Below are positions 48,001 through 55,909 of a stretch of DNA of 64,000 bases, one piece after another. Position numbers and translations under genes: made by a program. Source of the stretch: a virus. The stretch lies in IMG/VR virus record IMGVR_UViG_3300028822_000042, positions 1 through 64,000 of that record. One strand, given 5' to 3'. How positions within the stretch are numbered: the first letter of the stretch is position 1; each line of letters starts with the position of its first letter. The notes beneath the pieces were generated by a model. The model made no database searches, had not been told where the DNA came from, and saw only the letters and a program-made list of their open reading frames with translations.

Positions 48001-48508
48001 TGATGCAAGTATCAATATGACAGGGCCTATAGAAGTTGAAGCTGTCACTCATGTCTTTAATAGAGATAATGGATTTATTTCAATAATAACTCCTGACTTA
48101 TGTGTTGACGTAAATGATATGTTTAGTACTACTGTATTTGATGTAGCTGCTGCTGGATATAGTTCGGTATGGAGCTGGAATGATGCTTTAAACCCACCAG
48201 CGGCTATTCTTAGTTCTATTGCTGGGTTTCTTGCTATGTCTGCTGGTGTTAAACTATCAATGTGGACGCAAGATGGCGATCCTGTAGTTCCAACACCTCT
48301 AACACTTGGCGGTAAGCCTTTTATGAGTGTATCGCTTGGGCCAAATCAATCTTCATTGTTCTTGAACTTCTATGGCAAATGGGTTCAATATTGGGATGAT
48401 CTTGAAGATGCTTGGCATAAATTTGATATTGCAGAAGAAATCTTTGATAAGAGAGTTGGCTTTAGGACTAAGATTCTATCTATGTTGGGAACAGGAACAG
48501 GAGAGTAA
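42053..48508 (+). CDS. Giant baseplate hub protein with an inserted peptidase M15 (peptidoglycan hydrolase) domain
   Basis: VNSGSR...SRHATGNAMD (H543-x6-D550)...GYYPNSTFCHAD (H583). Hub-like QIRLGY...VFLGQIVEI...CQGYGAEL and YKGELIVLG...LKPYD...VEAVTHVF. Confidence 0.75.
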   Translation: MTKKKKPTREEHLKYMKTDTSSILGKLGSFPVRRLHQERDYSTSPRTSLRYISSTIERSRPSFDKARTTGFDYNPGYVIPSDIELNTGFSDERELQLENDFAEPISSESIEGGTNRPDLLEQEIEEAISKDTKLATKFSFNTFSDDFLIINDVFLYNVPTASISIRSQTDVFVGETLRTRAPVISTEGRQDFILNLSLVFNPGREQTEDLRRLISELSRHPLVFIFNNKVRKSIGVGEFDTTMFILEAGTLRSSSESVGAVVLDLQMHYFNHKPFSNNFFFNAKMPGISYSSEIEDSKAREPLSLDSLEGYESSDYILDQKAQDIRERIRKSVTQVADSKTRNIPVNFPSESDSWKYYADHLTDLTPIISEKPSDYMSFSVKVFEVKDPPKEAKQGLGTIQGALTSTVTRPSVKSMYDATKPLPESKTYQQKEVEATYDSNVQPSALEGTPIDFYSYDSGRSDSIILTASPGVVHSDASSRLSDLINVGKDEGAPAIQPGLILHMQKVANRFPGRKILVNSGSRFPKNPEKFYSKPVERRSRHATGNAMDFKVQGVSNRELFKFLRTLPNCGSGYYPNSTFCHADYRSRKDYWVDISGPGEKSHYLRGQDRADYLRQHVYDGSAQSDNVEAEADKRSRQAKSKPHEQRKDAAAPKSSEYAKQEEELYKKQTKQDPSIGHKVNDPVKRSWQARADWIEKLYREGGWIYYSGEDNKIRNVFYKEYSVEISSGIDSNRDPDILRNIVCSAISIQFGHRIAPMRLLSQHTYTYQFLGAGNKSGQMVFTFSGKKGRESADALKRLIIFARDNARNFGGVIKEAGTIYINGLNYNNGDTNTILSLLNIENIIITDIKESSLPDSVDKHQLVLEFIIQDFQEETFEKLFVESVENRRRIIKQIFKYLTRNKYGVVPVPSVATYDPSQYRPYVLNKETPSWVSSIISRAATITRNIEKQMPPLDWKLEPRSSRTWRDIYAEWGADKVIKGDYSNVSSSDFNASSLTVGRSVSLSAVQDLTERRKFESNGGSETNNTHNDLYREWLSQMTNLTKEVKKYIEDEKNFEKYFGSLGDDLLDAVTQTMGECYGDMLLPNLPHANIPVPPEFYVYDDSDESPILSNITDPANMEKFLKEHIRNEVQSISLYMRERWLGGSYLAKNLPRILENRKYYDRQMQGEFDFIDNFWKIYQEGATAWEPITYKEDPSIDNNSQVKKWKEFTYAGIGATNPEDARFKYMESLVGLSQYLNKGRHWQTSYTEQDNRNLVTNIYGDLYDKTSFGPNPQYNKADAASNGKALPERTLTQIQAITNQAYSKVAKDNNVAIPIGSDRTALPNGDIVIGDTKEERLAEEYSTSVAMINAAKESVDRMKRRSQNSLLGYIGSVGGLALVSMLDFTDTYDVDASDLIYRGNADAVNRASAAQHISNVIKTLDHNIKENVDETNQEDKMASMFAGMAIGSKADDLSIRRAYPTFKIYFIEEDAQDSEMIDGKVVRAFDDFYSYSAIQEIKITRSRKIASDLAVIRMTNVGGLLLRRRFGDRDPRQNSTGEMQGVFADTAKEHPFEKMVLQDGVKVQIRLGYASDPSNLESVFLGQIVEIAPSEHGKILEIMCQGYGAELESIELGELEDGPIYTSTQQALSSAIIQDSVSTFGRQSNFNRFNPAEIRHAWTGGTGDSILGKINPATAVRDWADHNMDKHFQKYTFLNFPQDDNIFAPPPSAYASAWMRFYNNACIYRPLKQTPWQIFKEHELRHPGYISMAVPYGHSPRMTMFFGSKMQHYWSKPPSSLELFASENAYNALVRMRGKVASGDFKSLQGLISRLTKESGEKPKLISAMLRDIALSGAPTRTSQAIAKETGRYKPFRNYHYFDSYHHILKNEIRTSTDGTFNEVEILFFTDEDDIQEQYAEDLIKSIQSLGSKQEGVFSVKLDENILESSLRSYREEFPSCVTVDMARRYAQGIFARHLRDAYKGELIVLGKETLKPYDICYLNDASINMTGPIEVEAVTHVFNRDNGFISIITPDLCVDVNDMFSTTVFDVAAAGYSSVWSWNDALNPPAAILSSIAGFLAMSAGVKLSMWTQDGDPVVPTPLTLGGKPFMSVSLGPNQSSLFLNFYGKWVQYWDDLEDAWHKFDIAEEIFDKRVGFRTKILSMLGTGTGE

Positions 48509-48510
48509 TT

Positions 48511-48939
48511 TTGCCTAGAATATATGGCGGTCATACAAATCTTGGTTCTCAGATTAATAATATATCTCAGAAGACTGCTCAGACTAATACAAGCAGAGCA
48601 AGACAGAAGAGAGCTATTATCAAGAAGAGCTATAATAACATGTATGTCTTTTATATGGATCTTCTTGATTCTAGAGGAAAGATTGAGAGAACTACAGGGC
48701 CTATTCCTATTGTTGGATCACCAGAAGATTTAGCTATGAGGTATGGCTCTCCATCAGAGATGGAAGGTTTGTGGGAAGTACTTATCTCTTATAAGGGGCC
48801 TTCTGTTACTACTGGCAGCGCTCAGATTATTAGAAGAGTTGGCTCTACATATGGTGGACAGATTGAAAACACAGAACAATCTAACCAAGTTCCTCTTAAG
48901 GGGGTAGCATATGCACCTCCTGGGTCTGGAATGATATAA
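48511..48939 (+). CDS. Hypothetical baseplate protein
   Basis: TTG start with AGGAG SD; after the hub gene. Confidence 0.5.
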   Translation: MPRIYGGHTNLGSQINNISQKTAQTNTSRARQKRAIIKKSYNNMYVFYMDLLDSRGKIERTTGPIPIVGSPEDLAMRYGSPSEMEGLWEVLISYKGPSVTTGSAQIIRRVGSTYGGQIENTEQSNQVPLKGVAYAPPGSGMI

Positions 48940-48956
48940 TAAGTCTGGAGAAAGCT

Positions 48957-49295
48957 ATGGGAACTAAAGTAATAAAGTCAAATGCTGAATCTGATGCTGG
49001 TGTTGTTGTCTCTGATACTGTCGTCCGCATGAACGTAAACAAAGACAATGGTGTAATGGTTGACGAGAGAGGGACAACAATAACTGGTCCTATCAGCATA
49101 GCTTCTGCTACAAATCATATACGTGTTGGTGGCTTGTGGACTTTTAATACTCCTATAAATCTCTCTTTGCCATCGACTATAGCCACACCAACACCTGTGT
49201 TAATGGTCGACCCTCCAATGAAGCAGTATGCAAACTTGATGAAGGATGCAGCTGTCATGATAGGCTTGATTGGTAGTCTTACAGCAGTAGGATAA
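48957..49295 (+). CDS. Putative baseplate spike-like small protein
   Basis: Beta-strand-rich, between the hub and the gp25-like gene. Confidence 0.45.
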   Translation: MGTKVIKSNAESDAGVVVSDTVVRMNVNKDNGVMVDERGTTITGPISIASATNHIRVGGLWTFNTPINLSLPSTIATPTPVLMVDPPMKQYANLMKDAAVMIGLIGSLTAVG

Positions 49296-49296
49296 T

Positions 49297-49737
49297 ATGG
49301 CTAAAATATATGACAATACTGATTTAACATGGACTTCTCGTGGAGATTTTGTTGTAGGACATGATGGTGATATCTCAGATACTTCTGCCGACCCACTAAG
49401 GTCTATATATCAGGAGATTCGCACAAGGGTTATGTCTGGTATTGGAGATTGGGCCTTCTATCAAGACGTAGGTGCCTCATTGTCCGACTTTGTTGGCGAG
49501 CCTAATAACAAAGTTACTGCTGAAGCCATTAAAACTAGAATTATTTCATCTGTGGCTAGACATGGTCTGGTTGCTAGAGAAGATATATCTATTAGATACA
49601 TGCCTGTAGATATAGATCAGATCTTATTTCGTGTTTCTTTGAGTGTTATGCCTACAGCTCAGAATGCTGGCAGTGCTTATTTGCAAATCAATCTTCTCTA
49701 CAATTACGCTGAGAATAACGTTTATACTGTCATATAG
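49297..49737 (+). CDS. Baseplate wedge protein, T4 gp25/P2 gpW-like
   Basis: QEIRTRVMSGIGDWAFYQDVGASLSDFVGEPN pattern; size; position before J. Confidence 0.8.
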   Translation: MAKIYDNTDLTWTSRGDFVVGHDGDISDTSADPLRSIYQEIRTRVMSGIGDWAFYQDVGASLSDFVGEPNNKVTAEAIKTRIISSVARHGLVAREDISIRYMPVDIDQILFRVSLSVMPTAQNAGSAYLQINLLYNYAENNVYTVI

Positions 49738-49747
49738 GAGCTGATCT

Positions 49748-51010
49748 ATGGCGTTTTTTGATAGGACACAACAACAGATAATTTCTGCTTCTCTAGATAG
49801 ACTTTCAGAAAATACAGAGATTACTCAGCTTGCTCCTGGTAGTAAGATGAGATTCCTTATAGATACATTTGCCGAAGAACAAGCTTCTCAGCATACAACA
49901 TTCGATGAGAACCTTATGCAGGCTTTCATTAAGTATGCTGATGGTAAGTTTCTAGATTTCTTCGGTGATATGTTAAATGCTCCACGCTATGAAGCCACTC
50001 ACGCATACACAGAAGACAATAATTTCATGTTCTATGTTAGCAGTGGTGTGTTTGGTGATATCAATGGAGGTGTTGATTTTGTTATACCTTACAATACAAA
50101 TGTCTCAACAGTTCCATTTGATGGCCAAATAATTACTCCTGGTATTACTGAATACGATCAGATCTCATACGTAACCACTGCAGATGTTACTTGTTCTGCA
50201 TCTGATTCCTTTGTTTATGCGCCAATCAGAGCAACTGTTGAAGGAGCTGGCTCTGATGTCCCAAGAGGAGTCCTTAATCAACATGACTTCTCGAATTACG
50301 TTCTAAACAATACAGCTTCTCTCAGGTGCACAAACAAGTATTCTATTTCTAGTGGCCGAGATAGAGAAAGTAATGAGTCCTATAGGTTTAGGCTTACTGA
50401 ACTTTTCAGAGCTAGACAGTTAGCTATATATCCTTCAATTAGATTAGCTGCTTTAAGTGTGCCCGGTGTGGCTGATATAAAGATGGTTAATTGCGAACAA
50501 GGACCTGGTAGCTTTTCTGTTTATATTAAGTCTCTATCCTCAACTCCAAGTCCTAGACTTATTGATGAAGTCTCTACAAATGTCGCTGCTGTGTCTTCCT
50601 ATGGAGTCAGACCTTTTGTTCTTGCTCCAGAGCCAATAGGTCTAGAGTTTGTTGCTGCTGTTTTGTGGTCTCCTAGAGCAACACAGGCCCAAGTTGCTGA
50701 AGGCTACAATCAGATGAGACTTGCTTTAGAGGACGAGCTAAACAATAAAGATATTGGAGAAGAGATAGTCTTTTCAGACCTTATAGATGTCTTGTTGTCT
50801 GCAAGTCCATATGCAAATAGTATTGGTCTTAATCGACCAAACAAGTTTGAAGAAGTTTATGCTTATAGAGCTGATCCTTCAGGACAAAATACAGCTATAA
50901 GAAATTTAGTCAAATCAGACAGAATTGTTCCTCTCTATAACGAGAGAGCTATTCTTGAGACATCAGGCAGATTTAGAGGCATTCAATTCTTAACCCGTCA
51001 GCAGGTATAA
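49748..51010 (+). CDS. Baseplate J-like wedge protein
   Basis: ADGKFLDFFGDML..R, CTNKYSISSGRDRESNESYRFR, ALSVPGVADI, GPGSFSVYI. Confidence 0.88.
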   Translation: MAFFDRTQQQIISASLDRLSENTEITQLAPGSKMRFLIDTFAEEQASQHTTFDENLMQAFIKYADGKFLDFFGDMLNAPRYEATHAYTEDNNFMFYVSSGVFGDINGGVDFVIPYNTNVSTVPFDGQIITPGITEYDQISYVTTADVTCSASDSFVYAPIRATVEGAGSDVPRGVLNQHDFSNYVLNNTASLRCTNKYSISSGRDRESNESYRFRLTELFRARQLAIYPSIRLAALSVPGVADIKMVNCEQGPGSFSVYIKSLSSTPSPRLIDEVSTNVAAVSSYGVRPFVLAPEPIGLEFVAAVLWSPRATQAQVAEGYNQMRLALEDELNNKDIGEEIVFSDLIDVLLSASPYANSIGLNRPNKFEEVYAYRADPSGQNTAIRNLVKSDRIVPLYNERAILETSGRFRGIQFLTRQQV

Positions 51011-51013
51011 AAC

Positions 51014-52657
51014 ATGACAAAACTTGGATCATATCCATCTCATAGATACTCTAGATCATGGATTACCCAGAGACTTATGAATCGTGCTCCAGAGTGGACT
51101 GATATTAGGAAGAATCATGCCTCTGTAGGTCAACAAGTTGTAAACTCTATGGCTCTTGATATCCAAGATACATATCAACAGCTTTCGCAGGAGAGGTATA
51201 ATACCTTTGTCTCTACTGCTGATGTGTCTATGCTGGATATGCTCTATAGGTTTGATCTTACTCCAGGCATGTCCTTCAACCATACAGAAGATTCTTCTGG
51301 TACAGTAAAATATATACCGCCTACTGTTTATGCCACGATTAGCAATACTGAGCATCAGATAACTCAAGCAGAGAATAATGACATAAATTCTTTAGCCTAT
51401 GATTGCTTGCCATCAAGAGTAGAGGATGGGGCTGTCTCATATGCGTATGATGATGTAGTTACAGCCACTTCTGTTGCTAGTTTGGCATCCATAACTCCAA
51501 ATTCTCTACCTATTAATGGCCATCTATATATTACTATCAGGAACAATACTACTTGGAGTATAACGTTCAGAGATACTATATATTATCCTAAGATCTATAT
51601 AACAGGAACAACTCGTAAGGGAACTTCTGTTACTGAAGCCCTTCCTCTAAGATACAATGGTACTTTTAGAACCGTAAATGAATGGCAATCTGTATCTTCT
51701 GTATTTGTAAGCTATGTTGACTCTACAGCTACAATAGAAATAGAGTCTCTTCCTTTTAGTGCAGATGCTCTTATTGATAAGAGAAACATTTCTGTACCTG
51801 TAGCATTAGGTGAGAGATTTCAATTCCTAAAGTTAGGCACTAGGGTATTTGGATCTACTTTAATAGCAGAAGCCTACACTCTTAGTGATATGGATGTGGT
51901 TAGAGAATCAGGTGTAGATGACAGAGATATACAGTATGAAATTGAATTGCTTGATGAAAGCGAGTCAAATGTAGACCTTACTGGTCATGTGTTTAAAACC
52001 AATTCTAGATTTATGTATGCAGTAGATTCTGACTACTTCTACGTATATGATGTATCTCTTCCTTACGCAGACGCTAAAGACATGTTAGGTCAGAGTTCAG
52101 AGACTAAAATAGATTTGTATTCTGATAGGTGGTCATATGCTCGGAATGAATTAGCTACTATCAAGACAAGAAATCTTGCTGTCTTTGACCCTCCATGGAG
52201 AGTTAGATGGACTCTTCTGGATCCTGATGATGATGAGTATTATATGGGGTTAGATGGTTCCCTCTGGCCAACAACCACTGATGCTTGGATACCAAACTTA
52301 CAATATGAAGACGGCAAATGGAGAGAACAAGAGATTGAGTTTCAGCTTACTAAAACAGGTAGGTATATTGTTTCTATAGAAGCTTCATATCTTAATGAAG
52401 ACACAGGCGAACTCACTACTCTCACTACTAAGTATCTCTTCTTTGTTCCATCAATAACACCTGAAACTCAAATTGAACTTCCTTCAACTCTTAAAAGCCC
52501 TGACGGTATCAGTATAGATTCGGATGGTAGAGCATGGCTCTTAAAATATGGTAGTATAAACTTGTTAAATGTCTATCATGATTATTTTTTAGTCGATTAT
52601 GAGAGGAATAGAGTTTGGTTTAAAGAGGATTACTCTTCTGTCAGGGTGATTGTATAA
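51014..52657 (+). CDS. Baseplate/tail structural protein
   Basis: 547 aa, beta-rich, after J. Confidence 0.55.
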   Translation: MTKLGSYPSHRYSRSWITQRLMNRAPEWTDIRKNHASVGQQVVNSMALDIQDTYQQLSQERYNTFVSTADVSMLDMLYRFDLTPGMSFNHTEDSSGTVKYIPPTVYATISNTEHQITQAENNDINSLAYDCLPSRVEDGAVSYAYDDVVTATSVASLASITPNSLPINGHLYITIRNNTTWSITFRDTIYYPKIYITGTTRKGTSVTEALPLRYNGTFRTVNEWQSVSSVFVSYVDSTATIEIESLPFSADALIDKRNISVPVALGERFQFLKLGTRVFGSTLIAEAYTLSDMDVVRESGVDDRDIQYEIELLDESESNVDLTGHVFKTNSRFMYAVDSDYFYVYDVSLPYADAKDMLGQSSETKIDLYSDRWSYARNELATIKTRNLAVFDPPWRVRWTLLDPDDDEYYMGLDGSLWPTTTDAWIPNLQYEDGKWREQEIEFQLTKTGRYIVSIEASYLNEDTGELTTLTTKYLFFVPSITPETQIELPSTLKSPDGISIDSDGRAWLLKYGSINLLNVYHDYFLVDYERNRVWFKEDYSSVRVIV

Positions 52658-53607
52658 TGGGAAATGGCGTTGAATTACTTGGTTTTTTATTTAATGTAAC
52701 CACTCCTACTCAGGCGAGCGGCAAACCTGAAAAGAAATCAATAGTAAATTCCTTTGATCTTGCTGCAGATCTTGTTTCTTTAGATAGGATTGAAGGAGAA
52801 ACAAATGCTGATTTTAAGCAAAGGATAATGGATGCTTCTGTTAATCCCGGAGCACCAATATATGATGGGTTTGTAAATAACCTGACAAGAGAGCTTGGTT
52901 TTTCAAAAGACAGAGCAATTCTTATTGAGCTTAAACAGAATAGTGCTGGTGATGTTATAGCTAGGAATCCTCGTGTGGATGTTTTGGCAAATAGAGTAGT
53001 CTTATATAGTGACTGGAGACCTGACGGAACAGCAGTTATCGATAAAACAATAAGAACATATAAGACTACAGATACAGGATATATGTTAGATGGTTTAGTT
53101 GCTGCAATAAATACTTCATCATGTTTTACTGCAAGTATGTATTCTGGTGTGCGTTCTAATTTACACTCTTCTAATCTTATTAGAGGCACAACAGATGTTT
53201 ATTCTCTTAGGTCGCCTATAGATTCTTCTAACTTTACAGAATTAGTAGGAGAACATATTGTAGAAGGCAGCTTAGTCTTTGAAGAAGAGGATATTTTCAA
53301 GACAGAAGTTGCAACAACACCTACTGCTGAAGGTGAATATAAAGTTGATTACGAGAATGGTAGGATATATCCATATAGCACGCCATCAGGTACGCTTGGT
53401 GTGACTTATCATTATGGATTGTTTCCATTTGTTGTATACTTTAGCCCTGTCCAATTCTTCTCTCTTCAAGATGAAGATTTTCTAGATGAACTTTTTCACC
53501 TAGAGACTTTAGATTCTGGAGAAGAACAAAGAGGTCTTCCTAATAAAGAAGGCTCAGAAATCTTTCATCAGTTGTTTGAAGAGACTAAAGTCTTTTGGGG
53601 TGAGTAA
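52657..53607 (+). CDS. Baseplate structural protein (P2 gpI-like N-terminus)
   Basis: FDLAADLVSLDRIEGETNADFKQRI motif. Confidence 0.55.
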   Translation: MGNGVELLGFLFNVTTPTQASGKPEKKSIVNSFDLAADLVSLDRIEGETNADFKQRIMDASVNPGAPIYDGFVNNLTRELGFSKDRAILIELKQNSAGDVIARNPRVDVLANRVVLYSDWRPDGTAVIDKTIRTYKTTDTGYMLDGLVAAINTSSCFTASMYSGVRSNLHSSNLIRGTTDVYSLRSPIDSSNFTELVGEHIVEGSLVFEEEDIFKTEVATTPTAEGEYKVDYENGRIYPYSTPSGTLGVTYHYGLFPFVVYFSPVQFFSLQDEDFLDELFHLETLDSGEEQRGLPNKEGSEIFHQLFEETKVFWGE

Positions 53608-55895
53608 TGGCATTAACAAGACCAACATTATACGTTCGGACAAGACAGACTGTAGTTAAAGAGCTTAGCACTAAACCATATGTTGGCTTTGAACATTTAA
53701 CAAGCCTTCCAGATGGCTGGGAGTACGACATCAAGAGATGGTGCAGTCCTTTTGATCTGAGACTGCCAAATATGCCAAGGCTCTTAAATCCTTCTTCTCA
53801 AGGAGTAAGTGAAGAAACTTATTTCACATCTGGTGTTGGCTCTGTGTCTCTTGGTGATCTAGAGATTGAAGATATAATAAATGTTACAGAAAATAATGTA
53901 AGATACTGGGTCCCATTAATTAGACATGGTTTGTATTTTAGAAACAAAACAGATTACTTCTTTTATAGTGATAATAGTGTAGTTCAGTATATCGATCCAT
54001 CTGACAATAGAGACAGTAGAAACTATATTGAGTTGGCAAAGACTCCTAAGCTCTCTACTCCTATATCAGTTGCTTCTTATAAAAGGAATCCTGATACTGA
54101 CTCTCCTAGTTACCATACTAGGTTAGAGCAGATGTATAAATTCACTGGCCTTTATTCTGAAGGTGAGGAATTAGAAACTGTTTCTGATGCTGGTAAGATA
54201 ACATGGTCTAATGTTGACACCACCAAGAGAGAATTTCTTATAGACAATACAATCGATGGTCTTACTCGTCTCTTTATGAACAAAGACTATGTGAAGACTA
54301 TCGGTGTTGATGTCTCGTCATATAAAGATGTGGCTGCTTGTGAGGTTCTTGGTACTTCTACTGGCGCACCATATCAATCGTTCTATCTAGACTATTTTCC
54401 AGTAATATATGACAGCTCATTTCATCTGTATGTCGCGACAGATTCCTCTTATGAAGAGTGGACTCCCGTAGATAGTTGGTGGGACCTGATAACTCAGACA
54501 TGGTCATATGATACTGGAAATAAATATTTTGTAGATAAGGATTTAGGAATTGTTTACTTGGGGGCCTCTGACAATGGTGGAGTCCCAGCTATAGGAAGAA
54601 CTATTGCTGTATCGTATAGAACTACTCTTAGAGTAGAGTATGAAGAAGATGATAAAGATTATGAGATACAGGCTATAGACGCCAACGTTAATCCAATAAC
54701 TCAGGGACTTAATCAAGGCTTTGTTTGTATTACTCATGAAGAAATTGAACCTGCAAATATTACTCTTGGTATAGACAAACGAAGAATACAAGGAACCTAT
54801 AATCCATCAGAATATGGTCCTATTTATGTTGGCTCTGATTATGCTGTTTTAAAATCCACTGTTACTAGCAGAAGCGGTTTGCCTGTTCCTAATGCATCAG
54901 TTGGTTTTGTTATGGAACCTAAAGATGTTGGTTATATTGGCGGGTCAACTACAGATTCTGCAGTTACCAATAGTACAGGTCATGCCTATTCAAACTTTCA
55001 GCCGCCAACATCAGCAGACACTTTAGGCTTCTATAGCACTACTGTCAGAGCGTCTACAAATCCATATTACCCCAACTGTAAAGATGTGATTATTAAACAA
55101 TCAGAGACAGGTCTCGAGGGTAAGGAGAATGAGATATATCTCTATCATATTCTTAAGGATGATGTAATTCTTGGATATGATTCAATAGATGACTTTTTGC
55201 TTTCTCTTTATAACGAGAAGACGCCTAGTTGGGTTAATGATTCTGCAGACTATGCTGTTTGGAAGCAGGAAATGATTCTTGAGTACGATCTTAAGGACTG
55301 GACTGAACCTGTAGAAGGTGAACCCATTGATGGTCGTAAGGTCGTTATTTACAAACAAGACTTTGATAATCCATATCCGTATCCAGATGATACAGCTATA
55401 AATCCTATCACGGGAGAGTATGGAGCTTTTGTTCCTCTGCGGCCGTATCTTGCAGAAAAAATAACTACTGCTGGTGATCCATATTATGGATTGTGGAGAC
55501 TTATCTATCCTGAGGATGCCATTCCTGATGTAGGAACCAACAATATTGGTGGCTACTGGGCAACATCAAGTAGAGTAGTTAAGTTCCAAGCACATTGCTG
55601 GAGTCCACACTATAATAGAATTATCTATAGTAATGAGATCTCTGCTAGAATTTCATTGCCTAGTTATTTGCTAGGTGAGTATCTCAACTCTCTTGGAGAG
55701 AAGATACCTTTTGGATGGAAGATAATTGGACTAGATAATGTTGCTGCAGGTTTGAATGGAGCCACCTTTATCACGATTAACCCACATACAGGACCATATG
55801 AAATTATCGATCTTGTCGGTGATACAGGTGGTACAGGTACATGGGTAGATGGTGCTCCAAATACACTGCATTTTCAATTTGAAGTTATAGAATAA
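53607..55895 (+). CDS. Baseplate/tail structural protein with Ig-like segment
   Basis: LGTSTGAPYQSFYL, YFVDKDLGIVYLG..GGVP wedge-like motifs; Big_1-like GLPVPNASVGF...TNSTGHA. Confidence 0.55.
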   Translation: MALTRPTLYVRTRQTVVKELSTKPYVGFEHLTSLPDGWEYDIKRWCSPFDLRLPNMPRLLNPSSQGVSEETYFTSGVGSVSLGDLEIEDIINVTENNVRYWVPLIRHGLYFRNKTDYFFYSDNSVVQYIDPSDNRDSRNYIELAKTPKLSTPISVASYKRNPDTDSPSYHTRLEQMYKFTGLYSEGEELETVSDAGKITWSNVDTTKREFLIDNTIDGLTRLFMNKDYVKTIGVDVSSYKDVAACEVLGTSTGAPYQSFYLDYFPVIYDSSFHLYVATDSSYEEWTPVDSWWDLITQTWSYDTGNKYFVDKDLGIVYLGASDNGGVPAIGRTIAVSYRTTLRVEYEEDDKDYEIQAIDANVNPITQGLNQGFVCITHEEIEPANITLGIDKRRIQGTYNPSEYGPIYVGSDYAVLKSTVTSRSGLPVPNASVGFVMEPKDVGYIGGSTTDSAVTNSTGHAYSNFQPPTSADTLGFYSTTVRASTNPYYPNCKDVIIKQSETGLEGKENEIYLYHILKDDVILGYDSIDDFLLSLYNEKTPSWVNDSADYAVWKQEMILEYDLKDWTEPVEGEPIDGRKVVIYKQDFDNPYPYPDDTAINPITGEYGAFVPLRPYLAEKITTAGDPYYGLWRLIYPEDAIPDVGTNNIGGYWATSSRVVKFQAHCWSPHYNRIIYSNEISARISLPSYLLGEYLNSLGEKIPFGWKIIGLDNVAAGLNGATFITINPHTGPYEIIDLVGDTGGTGTWVDGAPNTLHFQFEVIE

Positions 55896-55909
55896 CTAGA
55901 GGTGATAAT

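Noticed and set aside
27568-51010. Extracellular contractile injection system or tailocin rather than phage
   Set aside because: Terminase, portal, protease and major capsid genes are in the same operon.
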